A stretch of 63,360 bases of DNA, the filler included, from Octopus bimaculoides (taxonomy: Eukaryota): NCBI RefSeq assembly GCF_001194135.2. It is 6 parts of 4 records of this genome, joined end to end, with 100 filler letters (N's around TTAATTAATTAA, not from the genome) between each part and the next. Parts side by side here need not be neighbours in the genome. Positions count along the whole stretch, not along the records: positions 38,766 to 48,263 come from NC_069002.1; positions 48,364 to 61,732 come from NC_068986.1; 4 more parts are not named here. The stretch is one strand, 5' to 3'. The notes below the pieces were generated by a model, which worked only from the letters and a program-made list of their open reading frames with translations, was not told where the DNA came from and made no database searches. The stretch's first letter is position 1, and every line of letters starts with the position of its first letter. Shown piece by piece: positions 43,135 to 54,667 of this stretch. A program made the translations under genes and the position numbers.

Positions 43135-43480
43135 TAGTCGTGGCAGAATGGTAACAAGTTTGTTTCCCAATTGTAAGGTTCCAGGTTAAGTCCCACTGCG
43201 TGGCAACTTAAGCTGAAGTTTTCTATTGTAGCCGTCGACCGACCAATGCTTTGTCAGTGGATTTGGAAGACGGAAACTGAAAGAAACCCATCGTGTACTC
43301 ACAGGTATGCGTATATGTGTGTACTTGTGTTTGTTCGTACACCACCTGACAAACGGTTCAGCAAAAGTGGTTCGGCAAAAGATAACGACAGGATAAGTAC
43401 TAGACTTTAAAAATATAAGTACCTGTGTCGATGTGTCTGACTACACCTCTCAAGACCCCAGAATGGCCGCTGTAAAAAGA
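43135..43480 (+). mobile_element. Diverged SINE family 1 copy
   Basis: cagtcccactgcgtggca-like head, gacggaaactgaaagaaaccc core and ggttcggcaaaag...ataagtactag tail. Confidence 0.75.
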
Positions 43481-45012
43481 CTAAACAAGTAATAAATAAA
43501 AAAAATTACAAACTTTTATTACTACTGTTAAAATAGTTTTACAACTAAACATGCTTTGTCTGTGGTTGTTGCTGTATATTTGATTTATTCGCGACAACCT
43601 GTATATGTATATGCTATCTCCGTTCTCTGATAGAACGCCGGGCGATGAGAGTTCTTCAGGCGCTACTATCTTGAGCCAAACTGCAACCTCCTTTCCAGGA
43701 GACACTCATCTCGCCGAAGATTTCCTCCCCCAGTTCCTTGTCACATCTTCACCAGATTGCTTTTCGTTCTCCTTCCACCTCTGACTGTCCACTCAACGGC
43801 TACTTTTGCCGGTTTCATTGTTTCATTTTTTTTACCACCTCATTTTCCATCCGGCAGTGGCAGAACTGAGACCGACAGTAGAGCATATCTTGTATTTGTT
43901 ATTGTTGTGGTATATTTAATTTGTATATCACAACATAGTTTACGCTTACGGTGTAACTTTTTAAAAATCCCTCCAGTTATATTTTTCCTTTTACTTTTAG
44001 CTGCCTTTTGCTCTCTTTGTTTTTCTTCGCCCTTTGAACACACCTTCTTAATTTTCACTGCCTTATTTCTATGTCCTGGTACAGGGACTTGGTACGGGAG
44101 TTCTAGGGTATTGAGGAGTGTAGAACAACCTCTTCGTCACTATTGTTCCCGCGTCAACCCTGCCCCGGAGTAATAACACTTGTTAGGCTCCCAGCTATGG
44201 GTTAAAAACAACTAGAAGTGAAAGTCCCCTAGTTCTTGTTAGAATTTCATCTGGAGGAAGATAAACTCATATTTAAAAAAGCCCTGAACCGCAGTTGGTT
44301 TCTTGTCGTCTCAACTTCCGTTGTGCTACGTCTGTTGTGCCACTTCTGTTGTGCCACTGGTTTTCTTGCTGATTATGCTGAAATGTGGGTCCACTGTGCA
44401 ACCCTTTACTCGCTAAAAACAAATTCATGCACAGGAACTTCATGGACACTTGGAACGTTTGGTTGGATTTACTGAGTTTATTAAATGGTCTTATTCGGTC
44501 ACTAGTTGACCTCCATTATTTAAATATTTTTCTATTTACATATTGTATATTTTATAACACAAATTTTTTCTCACCAGCTTCATTGCTTTCTTCAGTGGTT
44601 TTCCTACATTTTATTTTTGTGTATTTTTATATGTTTGGGCGAGGGGTTTGCAGGTTGATTGGAGATAAGATAGAATAGGTAAATAGAATTAGAGCAATAA
44701 GGGAATAAATTAAATAGAGACGATAGCGGAAATTTAAATATAAATAAGGTAAGTTTATAGTTAATAAAGAATGGTATATACGTTTATACGGTATAAATAA
44801 ATAAAGTTAAGGAAATTCGTATATATACAAGTACGCACGAATACATATACACACATACATACATGCATCCGTACGCCCATATATATACACAGAGACACTC
44901 GCATATACTGACGTATATATACATCCATACGTACACATATATCCACGCATAGACGTATATATGCATATATGCACATACATGTACGTGGACGAACACATTA
45001 ATACGTATGCAC

Positions 45013-45455
45013 TTGGCTTAAATGGTAAAGTATTCTAACCGGATATTAGAGGGATGTGAGTTCGATTCTCATAGCTGGCTGCCGACAGATATTTCTGCGT
45101 TTAAAAAGAAAAAAAGGATTTTATCCTTTATATCTATACTGTTCAGTATCTATGCGTTGAATAAAATTTATCTTTCTACTTGTTCTACCATACATTCCAG
45201 CGCTTCGAAAAACAAACTTGTTTGTTTACATACGGCGTAACCCATACGACATCTAGCGTTCCTGGATGATTTTATAACTTCTTAAATTGCAGAAGAATTT
45301 GGCGGTCAGGCAGTTTGGCTTAAATGGTAAAGCGTTCTAACCGGATATTAAAGGGATGTGAGTTCGTTTCTCATGGCTGGCTTCCGACAGATTTTTCTGC
45401 GTTTAAAAAGAAAAATGGATTTTATTCTTTGAATAAAATTAATCTTTCTACTTGT
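45013..45455 (+). repeat. Two tandem copies of a tRNA-like unit (period 302 bp)
   Basis: ttggcttaaatggtaaag...gatgtgagttcg(a/t)ttctcat(a/g)gctggct.ccgacagat.tttctgcgtttaaaaagaaaaa starts at 45013 and at 45315. Confidence 0.8.
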
Positions 45456-45652
45456 TTATAAATATATATGCGTTTACACTTTTTACCCATCACTCCAAAG
45501 AAGAAGTATCTATATTAGTTCCATGTTGGCAATTAATTCCGATCGGTTAATGAAATTTTAATCATTTTGTTTACTCTATAGCGTTTCAAGGGAAGTAAGT
45601 AATATATCACAGCATCGCCTTATTTATCTTTCTGTTTTTATTTCATTCACAG

Positions 45653-45755
45653 AAAATGGCGGTATGAACAAGCTATCGCTGGTCTGCTGTGGAAAATCTG
45701 TTCATCAGAGCTTCATATTGATTCTGATAAACCGGAATGCAAATCCGAGAGCAAA
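45653..45755 (+). CDS. Gyc76C-like: Receptor-type guanylyl cyclase, juxtamembrane exon: (R)KWRYEQAIAGLLWKICSSELHIDSDKPECKSESK
   Basis: Acceptor tttcattcacAG at 45651-45652 and donor GTAAGT at 45756. The exon is 103 nt, phase 2 to phase 0, and open. The peptide resembles the post-TM segment of Drosophila Gyc76C (RKWKIELEIEGLLWKI...SPSK), recalled from memory and not checked by search. Confidence 0.88.
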
Positions 45756-45850
45756 GTAAGTAATTCTATGAAATACATTCCACCCAGGTTGCCATCGTTT
45801 ATTTGTGCGGTTATTCACTGATTCGTCTATTCGTGTTCGTTTTATGTAAC

Positions 45851-46346
45851 TTTAGGTGCAGGCATGGCTGTGTGGTTAAGAGTCTCCATTGGCAATAAGG
45901 CGATTTCAGTTATGGCTACTGTGCGGCATTTTGGGCAAAAGCCTTCTACTGTTGCTGCCAGGCCGCCCAATGCGTTGTGGGGTAATTCAGTGAAGGGTAA
46001 CTGTATGGAAGGTCATCGTGTGTATATATNNNNNNNNNNNNNNNNNNNNNNNNNNNNNNNNNNNNNNNNNNNNNNNNNNNNNNNNNNNNNNNNNNNNNNN
46101 NNNNNNNNNNNNNNNNNNNNNNNNNNNNNNNNNNNNATATATATATTTATATACATGTGTGTGTGAGATGTATGTATGTATGTACTAGTGTATCTTTGTG
46201 TTTGTCGCCCCATCACATTGCTTGACAACCGGTGTTAATTTGTATACGTCCCTGTAACATGGCTGATCAGAAAAAGTGGCCGATAGAATAAGGAATAGAC
46301 TTTTATGGAAATAATTACTTGGGATGGGGTCAATTTGTTCGACTAA
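45851..46346 (+). mobile_element. Diverged SINE family 1 copy in the intron between the two guanylyl cyclase exons
   Basis: Head ggtgcaggcatggctgtgtggttaag and tail ttgcttgacaaccggtg...gatagaataag...gtcaatttgttcgactaaa. It is split by a gap. Confidence 0.75.
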
Positions 46347-46467
46347 ATCAGTGGTTCTCGACCGGCGTTCATATTTCGTTTTGTATAATATTATCTAAAT
46401 CATTGCTTCGATTACAAATAATTTTTGAAACTGGTTTATTTATTCAAGTTTCCTTCTTTTTCTGCAG

Positions 46468-46623
46468 TATTCTTTGAGCAGTCGTCTGTCACTTGATTCG
46501 AGAACTACATTGACGCAAGTCTATGCTAGAACCGGCAACTATAAAGGACAAATTGTTGCTTTGAAAATGTACGAGAAGAAAAATTTTGTTGTCACCCATA
46601 AAATGAAACGAGAAATGAAAATG
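46468..46623 (+). CDS. Gyc76C-like: Receptor-type guanylyl cyclase, start of kinase-homology domain: YSLSSRLSLDSRTTLTQVYARTGNYKGQIVALKMYEKKNFVVTHKMKREMKM
   Basis: Acceptor ccttctttttctgcAG at 46466-46467 and donor GTGAGC at 46624. The exon is 156 nt, phase 0/0, in frame with the previous exon. It matches the NPR-type pattern SRLTLS...QVFAKTAYYKGNLVAVK...ELKHM. Confidence 0.92.
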
Positions 46624-47064
46624 GTGAGCAATTTCTTTCAGTGTCTTTGTTGTTGTTGTTGTTGTTGTCGTTGTTGTTGTGCTGCTATTACTGTTGTTGG
46701 TAAAGTTGTTGCAAATGTTGTTCTTGTTATATTGCTTCTGTTGCTGCTATGACAGGAGAAAGCAAATTCAAAGACTACAGATAAAATCCATCACTGGAAC
46801 TGTAAAAATCTGTAAAACTTTCCAGAAGTTTATCAGTTAAATATATATGAGCATATCTAGATATGTAACTATATGCATCAGAATACATACACAAAACAAA
46901 ACATGTAAATCTGCACATATACATACATACAAACAAAAATACCCTGTTGTTGATGTTGAGATTGCAATGAAGGAGCCTTGCATCTGGGTTAGAAACCGAT
47001 TCTTTCTCTATAGTCAAGAAATCTTGAAATAAAACTGAACAATGACATATATACATACAGACAT

Positions 47065-47290
47065 ACGTATTAGGTACCAGCAAATTTGCAAAAAATTTAG
47101 AAACACTTCCACGGAGATTAACCAAAAGACACTGACGAGGATTTTCCAAAGCCAATCTATTAGTGGCATGAAGATTTGTAAGACATTCCAAACAGTCCAT
47201 CTACGATTCTTAGGCAAATGCATGCACACATTTGAATGTACGCATCGACAGTCCAACCAACACACCTACTCAACCACATATTGACAAACG
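47065..47290 (+). mobile_element. Short REL retrotransposon 3' fragment, same subfamily as 61262-61660
   Basis: Clear nucleotide similarity to 61420-61660 (gaagatttgtaagacattccaaa; caaatttgca; actcaacc.catatttg). It translates to QKTLTRIFQSQSISG.MKICKTFQ. Confidence 0.75.
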
Positions 47291-48102
47291 CCGGGAATTC
47301 TTTCGAGAAGTCTGGTTGCACTGTTGGTGACTGGCTTGAAATCTTTCAGGATCTTAAATAAAACTCACAGAAAATCATGCATACATACAAAAATATCCAT
47401 TTCATGTTGAAATTTCAATGAAGCAACCTTGTATCTAGGTTAGAAAGCGGCTCTTTCTCTATTGGCAGGAAATGTTGAAATAAAACTGAATAAGAACATA
47501 CATACATACATAGATACATACATACGTGTTTGTGTGTGTGTATGTCTGTCTGTGTGTTGCCTAGAAACAAACCTGGCAGCAATTTCCCTTTATAAAACAC
47601 AGCATATAAATCGGTAATTAACGTAGCTCATATCATTCAGATGATTTACGATAAACATTGCTTTAAATTATGTTACTAATTGTGTATATTTGTATTCCGC
47701 CGATGCCAGCTTTGCCCTCCAATAATCGACTTCCACCCCCTCCCCTCAAAAATTGCTAGCTCTGTGGCAAAACTTGAAATTGTTAATTACGTATGTGTAT
47801 TATATTATTATAGAATAGATAAGAGTGTTTCTAATAAAACAGCTGCTGAAAGTAATTAAATTATGAAATATGTGTGGAATTTATGCATTTCTGCTTTCTT
47901 TTCTAAATATAGGTCGCTTTTAATGATCTCTTTTGTTGATCATGTGTTGCCGAGCAGGAATTACTGCGCCGTTATAACGTGAAAGATAATAAAAACCAAC
48001 TATTAATAGAGCTTAACTGCTGTGGATGTGAATATTTTGGTATTTGATACGGAATTTATGTCTGTGTGTGTGTGTGTGTGTGTGAGTATACACATATATG
48101 TA

Positions 48103-48149
<47 letters not shown>

Positions 48150-48849
48150 GAGAATATACAAGTAATAACAACAGACGAGGACAGGTGGTGTAAATAACAA
48201 AAGTATATATTAGTATGACGCTCGGGAATACGGAAAGTCTTTAACGTTTCGAGCTACGCTCTTNNNNNNNNNNNNNNNNNNNNNNNNNNNNNNNNNNNNN
48301 NNNNNNNTTAATTAATTAANNNNNNNNNNNNNNNNNNNNNNNNNNNNNNNNNNNNNNNNNNNNTATATATATATAATTCTTCGAAACGCCGGAGTTTTAA
48401 TGGTGGCAGCTGATGAAGGGGATGTTTCTATGTGGCCTGCTTGTTTGTTGCACCTTGTTTACCATTTTGTCCTTGTTCTTTTGCCACGTCGTGTACCCAG
48501 TTATGTATCTATATGTACATGTAAATGAATGTATATACATACATGTACATATATATGCATATACTCATATATTGTTTATATATATATATATATATGTGTA
48601 TATATATGAAAGTACAGCTACATACATACACACTCACAGATACACACACGAGTAAATATACACACAAGCAAGCTTCCTCGAGTCAATCATGTGAACTGAT
48701 GATTAATAATAAAATAATATTTAGAAAAAGGTATGTGAATATGGGACATAGATGAGTGAAATTTTGACATCGATTTCGTTCGATTTTACCAAATCGATCG
48801 TCCTAGAGTTTTCACACAGTGACGGCGATGGCGAAAGTAGTTTAGGCAG

Positions 48850-49400
48850 CAGCGGCGGCGGCTGGTGGTGGTGGTGGTGGTGGTGGTGGTGGTAGTGGTG
48901 GTGGAAATGAAAATAAGGATATTTGTAGTAGTATTTGCAATGTTTATGATGGTAGTTTTCGTAGAATTTCTTCATCATCATCATTGAAGATTATTTTGGT
49001 GGTTGGTTTTTGCAGTTGTAGTTACAGTGATGGTGATCATAGTGGTATTGCTGACGTTATTGTTGGTAACGTTGCTTGTGATGGTTTTGGAGGCCCTGCA
49101 GGTTATAAGGAATGAGGTCGTCGTGGTTTTGGTGGTGATGTTGGTGATTGTTCTCCTTGACATTATTGTGTTTTGGTTGTGGTGACGGGGGTTGTTCAAG
49201 TGGTTTTGGTGGTTATGGTGAGATAACGATAACGATGTCGAAGAGGAAGAGAAGGAGGATGCGATATTCATATTATGATCATGTTCATTACGATCATAAT
49301 CACCATCGTAAACAAGTTCATCATTATCATCATCATCATTATCATCATCATCATCATAACCATAATTATTATCACTATTGATATGACGATCGGAACCGTG
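48850..49400. repeat. Degenerate (GGT)n/(GAT)n/(CAT)n low-complexity block
   Basis: Directly visible trinucleotide mosaic. Confidence 0.9.
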
Positions 49401-50559
49401 TTCGCGATTTTACTGATGGTCGTGATGATAATGTTGCTGTTACTAGGGGTAAAGACGAGAGAAAAAAAATCAAAACAAATAGCCAATAAAAGGGACTAAA
49501 CGGAAGTATGTATGTCAGCATGTTTACGTGGCTGGTCCACTGAACGGTTGGTTGTCTGGTTGGTTAGCTGGTGTGTGGGTTGATGTTACTGCCCCGCCAT
49601 TATGCGATAGTTCATTTCTTCTCTTACTTCTCTCACCACTTCTCCATAATTCTAACTAACGACATTACCAGCAGTCATTGTTTTCAATCNNNNNNNNNNN
49701 NNNNNNNNNNNNNNNNNNNNNNNNNNNNNNNNNNNNNNNNNNNNNNNNNNNNNNNNNNNNNNNNNNNNNNNNNNNNNNNNNNNNNNNNNNNNNNNNNNNN
49801 NNNNNNNNNNNNNNNNNNNNNNNNNNNNNNNNNNNNNNNNNNNNNNNNNNNNNNNNNNNNNNNNNNNNNNNNNNNNNNNNNNNNNNNNNNNNNNNNNNNN
49901 NNNNNNNNNNNNNNNNNNNNNNNNNNNNNNNNNNNNNNNNNNNNNNNNNNNNNNNNNNNNNNNNNNNNNNNNNNNNNNNNNNNNNNNNNNNNNNNNNNNN
50001 NNNNNNNNNNNNNNNNNNNNNNNNNNNNNNNNNNNNNNNNNNNNNNNNNNNNNNNNNNNNNNNNNNNNNNNNNNNNNNNNNNNNNNNNNNNNNNNNNNNN
50101 NNNNNNNNNNNNNNNNNNNNNNNNNNNNNNNNNNNNNNNNNNNNNNNNNNNNNNNNNNNNNNNNNNNNNNNNNNNNNNNNNNNNNNNNNNNNNNNNNNNN
50201 NNNNNNNNNNNNNNNNNNNNNNNNNNNNNNNNNNNNNNNNNNNNNNNNNNNNNNNNNNNNNNNNNNNNNNNNNNNNNNNNNNNNNNNNNNNNNNNNNNNN
50301 NNNNNNNNNNNNNNNNNNNNNNNNNNNNNNNNNNNNNNNNNNNNNNNNNNNNNNNNNNNNNNNNNNNNNNNNNNNNNNNNNNNNNNNNNNNNNNNNNNNN
50401 NNNNNNNNNNNNNNNNNNNNNNNNNNNNNNNNNNNNNNNNNNNNNNNNNNNNNNNNNNNNNNNNNNNNNNNNNNNNNNNNNNNNNNNNNNNNNNNNNNNN
50501 NNNNNNNNNNNNNNNNNNNNATATTTGTATGTGTATGTGTGCGTTTGTTTGTTTGTGTG

Positions 50560-50805
50560 TGTGTCTCTGTGTGAATGTGGGGGGGTTATGTCTGTGTTTA
50601 TCCCCGACCACCACTTGACAACTGGTGTTGGTGTTTTTACGTCCCCGTAACTTAGTGGCTCGGCAAAAGATGCCGATAGAATAAGAACCAGGCTTAACAA
50701 AAGAATAAGTACTGGAGTCGATTCATCCCACTAAAAGGATTTATTCAAGGCGGTGTCCCAGCATGGCCGCAATCTAATGACTGAAACAAGTAAAAGATAA
50801 AAGAT
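50560..50805 (+). mobile_element. SINE family 1, 3' half
   Basis: cacttgacaactggtgttggtgtttttacgtccccgtaacttagtggctcggcaaaag...gactgaaacaagtaaaagataaaag. Confidence 0.85.
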
Positions 50806-50818
50806 ATATATATATATC

Positions 50819-51179
50819 TTTAACCCTCTGCGCGTAAGCGAAGCAGGGTTATTGTAGCCGCTCGTCTTTGTCTGTCTGTGTTTTTGCAAAATTACTGGAA
50901 AAAGGCTGAACGGATTTTCACTAAATTTGACAGTAATACCCATTGGATGAGTGGCTCGCGCTCATTAAATTTTGGTTCGATTATCTCCAAATCTGGAAGA
51001 CGGGTGAATCAAAATTTGTTTTCCTTGTTACATAGGCATAAACAATAAGCAGGGAAAATAACTCTTGATACCATTTTGTTGAAATATGAATTCGTTTGAG
51101 AATACATTTATTGGATTAAATTTTATTTTATTCTTGTGTGCGCGCAGGGTATGCATCCCCACTCCGATACCTTGTTTTT
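50819..51179 (+). mobile_element. Helentron-associated non-autonomous element (HINE / DINE-1-like)
   Basis: 5' hairpin ACCCT..GCGCG..CGAAGCAGGGT, a gtctgtctgtg run and an acggattttcactaaatttg core. The 3' subterminal inverted repeat CGCGCAGGGTAT (51141-51152) is followed by a degenerate hairpin and a T-run. Confidence 0.7.
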
Positions 51180-51229
51180 CCATTTAGCTTTTACTTTTTT
51201 AGACCTACAAGCATATATACATACACCAT

Positions 51230-51570
51230 GCTGGGGTACCGCCTTGAAGAATTTTAGTCGAAAGAGTCGACCCCACTACTACATTTTTAAAAACCTGGTT
51301 CTTATTCTATCGGTCTCTTTTGCCGAAACACAAAGATATGAAGACATAAACACACCAACATCGGTTGTAAAAATGATGATAGGAGATAAACACAGACACA
51401 AAACATACACACACATATGTGAGTATATATATATATATATATGGGGGGGGGTGTATACGAAGAGTTTCTTTTAGTTTCCGTCTACCAAGTTCACATAGAA
51501 GCCCCTGGGTACCAACGCAGTGGGACTGAACCTGGAACCTTGTGGTTGAGAAGCAAACTTTTTACTACAC
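51230..51570 (-). mobile_element. SINE family 1 copy (inverted)
   Basis: Reverse complement of the family 1 body and head (tttagtttccgtctaccaa...cagtgggactgaacc). Confidence 0.8.
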
Positions 51571-51904
51571 AGCCCGGTCCATAATTTTCAACCATCAGTG
51601 TTCGGCTGTCCGAACGAAGCGGCAAATTGAATTAGCGTGCAAGTGGGCTGAGTATTCCATAGGCAGGTGTATCTGTAATGTAATTCTCACGCTGCATCAG
51701 CGTGGCACTGTGGGACAAGGCTGATCAACGAATTAATTTCCATCCGACGGCTTCCCTACAGTTTCGTTATACCCATTTTGGGTCGACTCAGCTATGGAAA
51801 TGACGTTTGCCAAAACTGTCACATAGCTTGAAGTATAGTGAAGAAGTGTTACGCCAGATGATCAGTCTTACAATTTCGTCTCTGACTTTTTGGATCGCAG
51901 TCAC

Positions 51905-52248
51905 GGCGCAGGAGTGGCTGGGTGGTAAGTAGCTTGCTTACCAACCACGTGGTTCCGGGTTCAGTCTCACTGCGTGGCACCTTGGGCAAGTGTCTTCTAC
52001 TATAGCCTTGTGAGTGGATTTGGTAGACGGAAACTGAAAGAAGCCAGTCGAATATGTGTGTGTGTGTATTTGTACCTCCAACCAATATTGGTGTGTTTAC
52101 GTCCCTGTAACATAACGGTTCGGCAAAAGAAACCGATAGAATAAGTACTAGGATTACAAAGAATAAGTCCTGGGGTCGATTTGTTCGACTAAAGGCGGTG
52201 CTCCAGTAAGGCCGCAGTCAAATGACTGAAACAAATAAAAGAATAAAA
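51905..52248 (+). mobile_element. tRNA-derived SINE, family 1 (near full-length)
   Basis: A-box-like TGGCTGGGTGG and B-box-like GGTTCAGTCTC, central gcaccttgggcaagtgtcttctactatagcc, internal (TG)n, and tail ...aaatgactgaaacaaataaaagaataaaag. Many copies occur in the window. Confidence 0.9.
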
Positions 52249-53712
52249 GTAAAGGCAAGTTGAGATGACTGAGAGTATATCAATGATGCACTGACCAGTA
52301 ATATTTACGTGTCTGAACGACCTCTGCGTTCTTAAATGTATGGGCTCATAACGACATTACTGTTTATCGCTTTTCTGCTCATTGAAATTGGAGCTTCCTC
52401 TGCACAGTCTGCCACAAACAATGAGTGGCAAACAAGTAATTTCACTGAAATTTAAGATCCGTTGGGTCACCTCAAACTGATTTTGCAGGCTTCCCAGGAT
52501 TTAAGTGTACTGCTGCAAGCAGACAGTTCGTGAAATCGGAGGTCAGAGCCTGATGAGAGTCAGGAACAGACGAGCTGCACTGAAAAAGAATTGTTAAAAC
52601 TCGTTACGGAAAGACAGTACCTCTGCTAAAATATATCACATGACAAATAAAAGCGGTAAGTTTTGAGTTATCGGTGGAATAACTAGTGATGAAAGTTGAG
52701 ATGACGCCCAATCTGTAATAAATCAGTGGATCGTACAAAAAATGGAATGTAACTACAGCAACGTAGGCTTGTAACGGATGATGTGTACATATGTGAGTGT
52801 GTGTATTAGTATGTGTGCGAGGAAGGTGGAGGAGGAATTTACCTTCGCAGATTGAGTGAAACACACGAACTAGGATGTCACGTCATGTTGTCTGATCAAC
52901 TGCGAGCATAATGCATCTGAGATTTTCCGCTACCTCCTGTGTTAATTTTGTTTATAACTGTGCAGCTGCACTCTTTTCTTTTTCTCTTCCTTTTTATACG
53001 CTTCATATACATCTTACTACTGCAGCTACAAAGAACTGTTACTCTTACTCATCGTTGCTCAATGACAAGCATTACAAGACGACAGCAGGGCGGGCGATTT
53101 GAACGTTAAAACGGACGACAAATATTAATGTTATATTACTATAATACAACAATGAGACAATTGTCAGTTTGCTTGGGATTTTTCAACATGATTCCGCGTG
53201 AGATTATGTCATTGTTTCAAGTATTCGATGCGGTTTAGATTGACAGCGTTATGCGACATTACTCGTTTCTCATCTCACCTACATATAGACAAAACGTACA
53301 AACACAAATATACAAAGACACGCGTTCGCACATGCTCTCTCTTTCTCGTTCTACTCCTCTTCCTCCCCTTTCTTTCTCTCTGTCTGTCCGTCTATCTATC
53401 TATCTATCTATCTCTTTATCCATCTGTCTATCTATCTATGTATCTCTCTATTTATCTATCTATCTGTATATATATCTAACATACACAATCTTCACTATAA
53501 TCCGGGTATCTAACGCCGATGAGACGATGAAACAGCATAAAGGAATGTCTGATTTATATGAAATAAATCAACACAATAATACAAACAAATGTATGACTGA
53601 GACAATTGTGATTTCTGTATATGAGGGGAAAAACACGCACTTACAAACATACGTACATGTGTGTGCGTGTATGAGAGAAAGAGAGAGACAGAGAGTGAGT
53701 GAGTGTGTTAGA

Positions 53713-53764
<52 letters not shown>

Positions 53765-54062
53765 NNNNNNNNNNNNNNNNNNNNNNNNNNNNNNNNNNNN
53801 NNNNNNNNNNNNNNNNNNNNNNNNNNNNNNNNNNNNNNNNNNNNNNNNNNNNNNNNNNNNNNNNNNNNNNNNNNNNNNNNNNNNNNNNNNNNNNNNNNNN
53901 NNNNNNNNNNNNNNNNNNNNNNNNNNNNNNNNNNNNNNNNNNNNNNNNNNNNNNNNNNNNNNNNNNNNNNNNNNNNNNNNNNNNNNNNNNNNNNNNNNNN
54001 NNNNNNNNNNNNNNNNNNNNNNNNNNNNNNNNNNNNNNNNNNNNNNNNNNNNNNNNNNNNNN

Positions 54063-54104
<42 letters not shown>

Positions 54105-54175
54105 TATATATAGAGAGACAAATACAAATATGTCTCTATATCTATAAACGCACATACACACATACACACACACGA

Positions 54176-54206
<31 letters not shown>

Positions 54207-54626
54207 CGAACACTCACGCGCATAGACACACAACTATATCTATACATATATACATGTATGTATGTATGTATATCAAACGCTTTATATGTGTGCTGGGGGT
54301 GATGCATTTATGTTTTACTGTGCACATCATTGCATGCGGCATCGTGTGAAGGGTGTATATGAGTACATATAATTCAGGCCTTATTTTTAACATTTTTAGT
54401 TTTGAATCTCTATAAATTCCAAATTATTCCATATGCTTCTTGTTTGTTTGTTTTTGATGTGTTTTGTGCAGAGGCGCATGAATTTGTTTCTATATCATGT
54501 TTAATTAAAAAGAAATAGACATTCGTACACAAATATATACTTTAAACATATTTTAAATGTATACATAAACACGACGTATGGCATACTTTATCATATACAT
54601 ACATACATTCATACATGCATACATAC

Positions 54627-54667
<41 letters not shown>

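Noticed and set aside
49600-49689. Polypyrimidine tract and CTAACTAAC branch-like motif before a gap, as acceptor of the next cyclase exon
   Set aside because: The sequence after either AG does not encode the expected MR(E/D)L(R/H)H peptide. An exon inside the gap cannot be seen or excluded.
52549-52590. CTGATGAG as another hammerhead core
   Set aside because: There is no correctly placed GAAA and no helix I or III.
52300-52620. Mostly open + strand frame with two stops
   Set aside because: No recognisable domain or splice signals, so it is not supportable as a pseudogene.
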